In this document: positions 58,456-64,000 of the stretch, one piece after another
How positions within the stretch are numbered: position 1 is the first letter of the stretch
Layout: every line of letters begins with the position of its first letter
NCBI GenBank assembly: GCA_020054865.1
Contig: JAIHAR010000003.1
Coordinates: 39,645 to 103,644, forward strand
Reading direction: 5' to 3'
Length of the DNA: 64,000 nucleotides
Source of the DNA: Deferribacteraceae bacterium
Lineage (GTDB): Bacteria > Chrysiogenota > Deferribacteres > Deferribacterales > Deferrivibrionaceae
Made by a program: the position numbers and the translations under genes
The notes under the pieces: generated by a model
What the model was told of the DNA's origin: nothing
What the model saw: the letters and a program-made list of their open reading frames with translations, nothing else
Databases searched by the model: none

Positions 58456-60393
58456 TTATAAGAAGAAATAAGGATCTACATCAATTTTGAATCCGAGTGT
58501 AGTGAGTTTTAATTTTTCGAATTCAACTTTTAGCAAATTTATTGATTTGTTAATTTCAGTATAATTTTCTGATTTTATTACAATATGAAATCTGTATCTG
58601 TTTTTTATTTTGTAAACTGGTGCAGGTACAGCAGGAAGAATTTTTATGTTTAAATGAGAATTTTTTAAAATCGATTCTATTTTTTTTGCAACTTCTTTTA
58701 CAGTTTGCTCTTTAAAATGAGAAAAAATAAATCGAACAATTCTATAATATGGTGGGTAAGAGAAAGTTTTTCTCATTTGCAACTCATAAGTGTAAAAACC
58801 ATTGCTTGTAAGAAAGGTAAAAACAGGCATATCCGGATTGTATGTCTGAATTATTACCTCACCTTTCTTTTTGAAACGGCCAGCCCTACCTGCAACCTGA
58901 GTTAGAAGCTGATAAGCCCTTTCATTGTTTCGAAAGTCAGGCAAGGAAAATATGTTGTCAATATTAAGTATTCCTACAAGGGTTACATTTGGAAAGTTTA
59001 ACCCTTTTGCAATAAGCTGTGTACCAAGCAGAATTTTAAATTTATTTTTTTCAAAATCGGTTAAAATTTCTGATATTTTTTTTTGTGAAGACACTGTATC
59101 GGCATCAATTTTTATTACTTCGCCAGGGAATAATTTTTCGAGAATCAAATAAGCTTTTTCTGTGCCTATGCCAAAATCAAGAAAATCATGACTACCACAT
59201 TTGCATTTAAGATATTTGATCTTTTCTCCGCAGTAATGGCATCTGGCTGTTTCGTCACTTTTGTAGTAGGTCATTGTAACAGCACAATTTTTGCAAAAAA
59301 GTGTTTCACCGCAAGACTGGCATATGAGTTGGGAAGAATAACCTTTTCTGTTTAGAAAAAGTATTGTTTGCTCACCATTTAAAATTCTTTTTTTTATGGC
59401 ATCATATAGTTGAAGGGATAAAATGCCAGAAATTTTGTCTTCTGTTTTTAAATCAATAATTTTGATATCAGGGCTTGAATCATTGTGAAATCTTCTATCA
59501 ATTTTAAAATATTTGTATTTTCCTGTTATTGCATTGTAATAAGATTCAAGTGACGGTGTTGCACTTCCCAGAACTACAGGAATATTATAAATTTTTGCCT
59601 TGAAAATAGCCGCATCTCTAAGGTTATAACAGGGCACTTCTTCCTGTTTAAAACTGTTTTCGTGCTCTTCATCCACTATAATTATACCAAGGTCATTGGA
59701 AGGAATAAAAAGGCTGCTTCTTGCGCCTATTATTACCGGTATTTTCCCTTTTTTAAAGCCTGATACAACCTTCTCTCTTTTTTGAGGTGTAAGTTTGCTG
59801 TGGTATGTTTCTACAACGATACCAAGTCTGTCCGAAACCCTTTTAACTAACTGTGGAGTTAGAGATATTTCGGGAACAATAAATATTGCCTGTTTTCCTT
59901 GCAGGATACAATTTTTGATAAGTTCAATATATACTTCTGTTTTTCCGCTGCCTGCAACACCATGAATCAAGAAACATTGAAAATCTTTTTGTTGTGAAAT
60001 TTCATTGTAAATAATTTGCTGTTCATTATTTAGGTTTGCAAGTTTTGATAAATTTGATATGCTGTTTTCGTAATCTATTATTTTAGTGTTTAAAATTTTT
60101 CTTGAAATAATCCCGGATAAAACTGCCCCTAAACTGTATCCGTAATAGTTGGAAACAGTTTCCAGAAATTTCAAATCCTTTTTGTTGAAAAAAGGTTTGT
60201 CATCGATTATTTCACATATTTCTCTTACTTCATACTCGAATTCTTCTTTTTGTGAAATATTGTAAATAACCCCTGTAACAATCTTTTTACCGAGAGGAAC
60301 ATTGACCCTCATTCCAATTTCAAGAGCAGATTCAGTTTTATAAGTCAAAATGTAACTTTTTGGTATGGGCAGCAAAATATCGTAATAATTCAT
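58456..60393 (-). CDS. priA: primosomal protein N' (replication restart helicase PriA)
   Basis: 645 aa; Walker A GVAGSGKTEVY; DEEH box; Cys-rich zinc-binding region (CQSCGETLFCKNC...CHYCG). Confidence 0.85.
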   Translation of the reverse strand: MNYYDILLPIPKSYILTYKTESALEIGMRVNVPLGKKIVTGVIYNISQKEEFEYEVREICEIIDDKPFFNKKDLKFLETVSNYYGYSLGAVLSGIISRKILNTKIIDYENSISNLSKLANLNNEQQIIYNEISQQKDFQCFLIHGVAGSGKTEVYIELIKNCILQGKQAIFIVPEISLTPQLVKRVSDRLGIVVETYHSKLTPQKREKVVSGFKKGKIPVIIGARSSLFIPSNDLGIIIVDEEHENSFKQEEVPCYNLRDAAIFKAKIYNIPVVLGSATPSLESYYNAITGKYKYFKIDRRFHNDSSPDIKIIDLKTEDKISGILSLQLYDAIKKRILNGEQTILFLNRKGYSSQLICQSCGETLFCKNCAVTMTYYKSDETARCHYCGEKIKYLKCKCGSHDFLDFGIGTEKAYLILEKLFPGEVIKIDADTVSSQKKISEILTDFEKNKFKILLGTQLIAKGLNFPNVTLVGILNIDNIFSLPDFRNNERAYQLLTQVAGRAGRFKKKGEVIIQTYNPDMPVFTFLTSNGFYTYELQMRKTFSYPPYYRIVRFIFSHFKEQTVKEVAKKIESILKNSHLNIKILPAVPAPVYKIKNRYRFHIVIKSENYTEINKSINLLKVEFEKLKLTTLGFKIDVDPYFFL

Positions 60394-60474
60394 GATGAAA
60401 TTATTACTAATCTAAAAATCTAAGTCAACGTATAAGTGATATTTTTAATTTTTATTACTTTCCATTAGAAAATC

Positions 60475-60502
60475 TTGATATTTGCCAGAATACAGGTATA
60501 AT
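60475..60502 (+). promoter_or_regulatory. candidate sigma70 promoter for the FecR-domain gene (TTGATA 60475-60480; 16-nt spacer; TATAAT 60497-60502) with flanking TGCCA/TGGCA inverted repeat
   Basis: Consensus -10; a 5-bp inverted repeat TGCCA...TGGCA brackets the -10; RBS GGGGG; ATG 60519. Confidence 0.5.
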
Positions 60503-60518
60503 TTGGCAGGGGGACTAT

Positions 60519-61232
60519 ATGAAGAATATAATTTTCTTTTTGTTAATTGTATTTTTTTCTTTTTCTGCTTATTCTGCACAAAATCTTGACAATGAGTCTT
60601 GTGTAGGTTGGATTATAGACTTCAAAGGGATTGTAAAAATTTACAAAGAAAACGATTTCAGAGGGTCTGTTGTAAAAGATAACAATACCGGTATTTTAAA
60701 GGGGTTTGCCATTAAAACCGGTCTAAAGTCCGAAGCAAAGGTAGATTTAATTGATGATACAAAAATTATTTTAACTGAAAAATCTTCTGCAATCTTTCCC
60801 AAATATAATGATATTTTAACAGATAACGGAACTGTTTTGTTCAAAGTAACAAAAAGGGATGAAATTCAGGGTTTTACTGTTAAAACTAAGACAGCAACTA
60901 TTGGTGTAAAAGGGACACAATTTGCCGTTACAGTTGACAACAGTAGTGTTAAAGTTTTTTGCAAAGATGGTAGTGTTTCTGTGAAGTCCTTGAAAGGGGA
61001 ATTTAAAAGGTATGTCAAAAAAGAGCTTGATGATTATAGTCAGTTTTTGAAGGATCAATTTAAGGACTACAGTAAATACAAAAAGGAACTGAAAGAGGAG
61101 TTTATAAAATTTGTGAAGGAATTTGATATGAAGCCTGATATGGCAGTAGTCATTTCTGATACCAATGAGGTGAAAAATATTGATTTTCCAGAGAATATAA
61201 ATGAACTTTTTGAAGAGTTAAATAAATTTTAG
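60519..61232 (+). CDS. FecR-domain periplasmic protein
   Basis: 237 aa; signal peptide; FecR-like beta region (TIGVKGTQFAVTV); charged/coiled C-terminal tail. Confidence 0.6.
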   Translation: MKNIIFFLLIVFFSFSAYSAQNLDNESCVGWIIDFKGIVKIYKENDFRGSVVKDNNTGILKGFAIKTGLKSEAKVDLIDDTKIILTEKSSAIFPKYNDILTDNGTVLFKVTKRDEIQGFTVKTKTATIGVKGTQFAVTVDNSSVKVFCKDGSVSVKSLKGEFKRYVKKELDDYSQFLKDQFKDYSKYKKELKEEFIKFVKEFDMKPDMAVVISDTNEVKNIDFPENINELFEELNKF

Positions 61233-63305
61233 TTATTTTGTTTTTGCGATGTATGCCCCATTCCAAGGCATATCTGGCGGATTTGAAATAAAGTATTTGC
61301 ATCTTTCGGCGAATATAATGGATGTCTCATCCTGAAACTTTTTGTAAATTTCTTCAAAATGCTGTAGTGCAATATAAAAATCAGTTGAAAAATATTTGTT
61401 GATTGCTTCATTAAATTCTTTTGTTAAATTTCTGTTATTTTGATTATCTTCAAGGAGTTGATAAATAGTGACCGGTTTTTCTTTACCCTTGACCACAACT
61501 TTATCAAGAAGCCTCAGGCAATAATCGTCATTTAATTTTTCCTTGACAAATTCACTGATGATTATGTGTGTTTTGTATAATTTATTAAGCCCTTCCAATC
61601 TCGAAGCGAGATTAACTGAATCTCCTATAGCAGTATAATCAAATCTTACATCACTGCCTATATTCCCTACGGTCGCTATACCCGTATTTATCCCAATACC
61701 AATATCTACGGAAGGCAGATTTTCAGACTTAAATTTATTATTAACGTCTTTTATGATATTAAGCATTTCAAGTGAAGCCTTGCATGCCATATCTGGATGA
61801 TTTTCAATATTTACAGGTGCATTGAATATGGCCATAATTGCATCCCCAATATATTTATCGAGCAGCCCCTTATTGTTTAGTATTGCATGGGTGAGTGGTG
61901 TGTTGAGCTGATTAAGCATATATACAACCTTTTCTGAATCAAGCCCCTCAGAAAGGGTAGTAAAGCCCCTTATATCTGTAAACAAAATCGTAATTTCCCT
62001 TGTTTCACCACCAAGCTTTAGTTTATCAGGATGCTCAGTCATTATTTCTACTACATCCGGCGAAACATAAGATGAGAAAGCTTTTTTAATTCCAATAGCT
62101 TTCAGGTCTGTAAATACAAACAAAACAAGCTCAGTTAAAATAATACCTATTGCAAATGAAAAAAGAAAATAAAAGTCATTTATCCACAAATTGTACTTAA
62201 TAAACAGGAAAATACTTGTTGTGTAAATCAACATAAAGGATAAAAAGTATGCCGCAATACGTTTGTATATTTTTTTGAAAAAACTGACAAAAAATATTAT
62301 TAAGCAGGAAAAAATGATAAAAAGTATATCAGTTTTGTTATTTTCCTCAATCAATACATTGTCTAAAAAGTTTGAAATAAATGTTGCATGAAGGGAAACA
62401 CCAGGCGTTATTGGATTTATAGGGGTGGGTCTTAAATCGAATATTCCTGTTTCTGTAATCCCAACAATTACAATTTTATTTTTCAGTTTAGATGTATCAT
62501 ATTCACCTGAAATTATGTCATATGCTGAAATGTAGTGTACTTTATTGTAAAAATTGAGTTTGAGATGATTTGAGTCTTTGTATTGCAAATTACCTAATTT
62601 GAATTCCACAAGACCTTTCTTATTAAATGTCGCTTCAATATCTGAGTTTAAATAAAATCTTAAAATCTGGAGTCCTAAAGATGGAAAAATTAATCCTTTG
62701 TGCAGATAAAAAAATGGATAATTTCTGTAGAGTCCGTCAATGTCAGGCTCGATGGTGAAAAATGCTGATGCGGCAAGACTTTCTGTAATTTCATAAATGT
62801 TGGGTTCGATATATTCAAATTCTTTTAGTCCTATAGTTTTATCAAGGAGTTTTATCCTGAAAATAGCTGAATCAGAGAGTATATCAATCAGCGACTCGTC
62901 AGCATTTTCTGTTGCCTGACTTCTAAAAAAAACACCGCCTATTACATTTCCATTTTCCATTATAGTCTGGCTAAGCTGGTTATCGTCTTCGGGATTGGAA
63001 TACTCTGAAAATACAATATCAAGACCTATTACAGATGCCGGTCTTAATTTGGAAAAAAGCTCAGCAATTTTTTTTCTATTCCAGGGCCACCTGCCAAGTT
63101 TGTTTATGCTTTTTTCATCAACTTCCACAATTATGACATTATCATTTATTTCTTGTTGTTTTACCAGAAATTTAATTTTGTATTTGTAATCATTTACACT
63201 GAGTGCGAATTTTTCAAAAAAGTAAAAATGGCTATTGTACAAAAACAATGTTAAAATCAATAAAATGTAAATTGCGACTGATTTATACGTTAATACACTT
63301 TTCAT
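61233..63305 (-). CDS. CHASE2-domain sensor class III adenylate/guanylate cyclase
   Basis: 690 aa; N-terminal TM, ~300-aa extracytoplasmic CHASE2-like region, 3-4 TM helices, C-terminal cyclase domain (FTDIRGFTTLSE...GDAIMAIF). Confidence 0.8.
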   Translation of the reverse strand: MKSVLTYKSVAIYILLILTLFLYNSHFYFFEKFALSVNDYKYKIKFLVKQQEINDNVIIVEVDEKSINKLGRWPWNRKKIAELFSKLRPASVIGLDIVFSEYSNPEDDNQLSQTIMENGNVIGGVFFRSQATENADESLIDILSDSAIFRIKLLDKTIGLKEFEYIEPNIYEITESLAASAFFTIEPDIDGLYRNYPFFYLHKGLIFPSLGLQILRFYLNSDIEATFNKKGLVEFKLGNLQYKDSNHLKLNFYNKVHYISAYDIISGEYDTSKLKNKIVIVGITETGIFDLRPTPINPITPGVSLHATFISNFLDNVLIEENNKTDILFIIFSCLIIFFVSFFKKIYKRIAAYFLSFMLIYTTSIFLFIKYNLWINDFYFLFSFAIGIILTELVLFVFTDLKAIGIKKAFSSYVSPDVVEIMTEHPDKLKLGGETREITILFTDIRGFTTLSEGLDSEKVVYMLNQLNTPLTHAILNNKGLLDKYIGDAIMAIFNAPVNIENHPDMACKASLEMLNIIKDVNNKFKSENLPSVDIGIGINTGIATVGNIGSDVRFDYTAIGDSVNLASRLEGLNKLYKTHIIISEFVKEKLNDDYCLRLLDKVVVKGKEKPVTIYQLLEDNQNNRNLTKEFNEAINKYFSTDFYIALQHFEEIYKKFQDETSIIFAERCKYFISNPPDMPWNGAYIAKTK

Positions 63306-63354
63306 ATTCTCTCCGATATGCTATAGTATAACATAAAATATCAAAGGGGGAAAA

Positions 63355-63993
63355 ATGTTTTCTAAATTATTTTTATGTATTATTGCATCGGCGTTTTTGT
63401 TTTCCGGGTGTTCATTTACAAAGCCTTCTGTTACAAAGCAAAATTCTGCTGCTCACCAGCAGGCTGAGGCAAAAAAGGCGTTTGAAGAGCTTGATAAAGA
63501 AACAGGCGAGCCAAAGCTTGATGATCCAATGATTGAGAAAGAAGTAGTTAAACCTGAAGCGCACAAACCAGATGTAGTTGAAGAAAAAAAATCTCCATTA
63601 AACAATGGTGAGAAAAAAATGGAAAATCAAACAAAATTTCCATTAAAAGATGGCAGACCGGTTTGGTTTTATGATGCAAACTATGACGGTTATTTTGGTG
63701 CAATCGGTATTGCAAGAAAGTCAGCCACAAGGGATGGTTATGCTACACAAAAAAGACTTGCCAAGACACTTGCGCAGGCTGAGCTCGCCAAGCAGATAAA
63801 GGTATTTGTTAATACTGAGCTTGAAACAGAAAGGGTAAGAATTTTGACTAAAATAAGTGATACTTACACAAGCAAGCTGACTACTCTGTCCGTACACCAA
63901 TCTGAAGAGTTGATTAAAAATGCTGTAATACTTGATGAATGGACTGATCCAAATAACGGAGATTTATATGTATGGCTGGTAATTGAAAAATAG
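63355..63993 (+). CDS. LPP20-family lipoprotein
   Basis: 212 aa; lipobox LFSGC; LPP20-like region (YFGAIGIARKSATRDGYATQKRLAKTLAQAELAKQIKVFV). Confidence 0.5.
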   Translation: MFSKLFLCIIASAFLFSGCSFTKPSVTKQNSAAHQQAEAKKAFEELDKETGEPKLDDPMIEKEVVKPEAHKPDVVEEKKSPLNNGEKKMENQTKFPLKDGRPVWFYDANYDGYFGAIGIARKSATRDGYATQKRLAKTLAQAELAKQIKVFVNTELETERVRILTKISDTYTSKLTTLSVHQSEELIKNAVILDEWTDPNNGDLYVWLVIEK

Positions 63994-64000
63994 TAAATTT

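Overview
AT-rich (~35% GC) bacterial chromosomal segment, densely coding, with about 57 protein-coding genes and short AT-rich intergenic regions. I found no rRNA, tRNA, CRISPR array, transposase or obvious prophage. Coding content is dominated by central acyl-CoA, acetate and propionate metabolism: (1) a translationally coupled metF / radical-SAM / MTA-nucleosidase-like operon; (2) a methylmalonyl-CoA module (carboxyltransferase, biotin carboxylase, BCCP, single-chain B12 methylmalonyl-CoA mutase, MeaB); (3) transketolase, NADP-malic enzyme, pta-ackA and a CoA-transferase; (4) an actP-DUF485 acetate permease pair with a downstream cNMP-CBS-nucleotidyltransferase / CBS / DUF169 module, and a divergently transcribed Acs-like paralog. 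The housekeeping part is a long mreB-mreC-mreD-mrdA-rodA operon that continues into a radical-SAM(B12)/DUF2344 fusion, a Fur-family regulator and an HhH-GPD-like gene, followed by lgt and three tandem EamA transporters. Further on are a yicC-gmk-rpoZ-coaBC-udg block, a CsgG-like/LPP20 envelope module, Rrf2 + class II RNR (nrdJ), priA, and a FecR-domain/CHASE2-cyclase/LPP20 signalling module. The most striking non-coding signal is a self-contained unit at 9487-9607 (strong promoter, hairpin, 18-nt C-rich tract, terminator) that looks like a trans-acting anti-Shine-Dalgarno small RNA. Other leads are an Acs paralog with a degenerate P-loop and the catalytic Lys replaced by Asn, a metF-radical SAM (CX4CX2C)-nucleosidase operon, and a cluster of TGTAYAC palindromes between actP and the acs-like gene. 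Lineage guess (inference only): an AT-rich anaerobe, possibly thermophilic and Deferribacteres-like. All protein-family assignments come from motif recall, not database searches.
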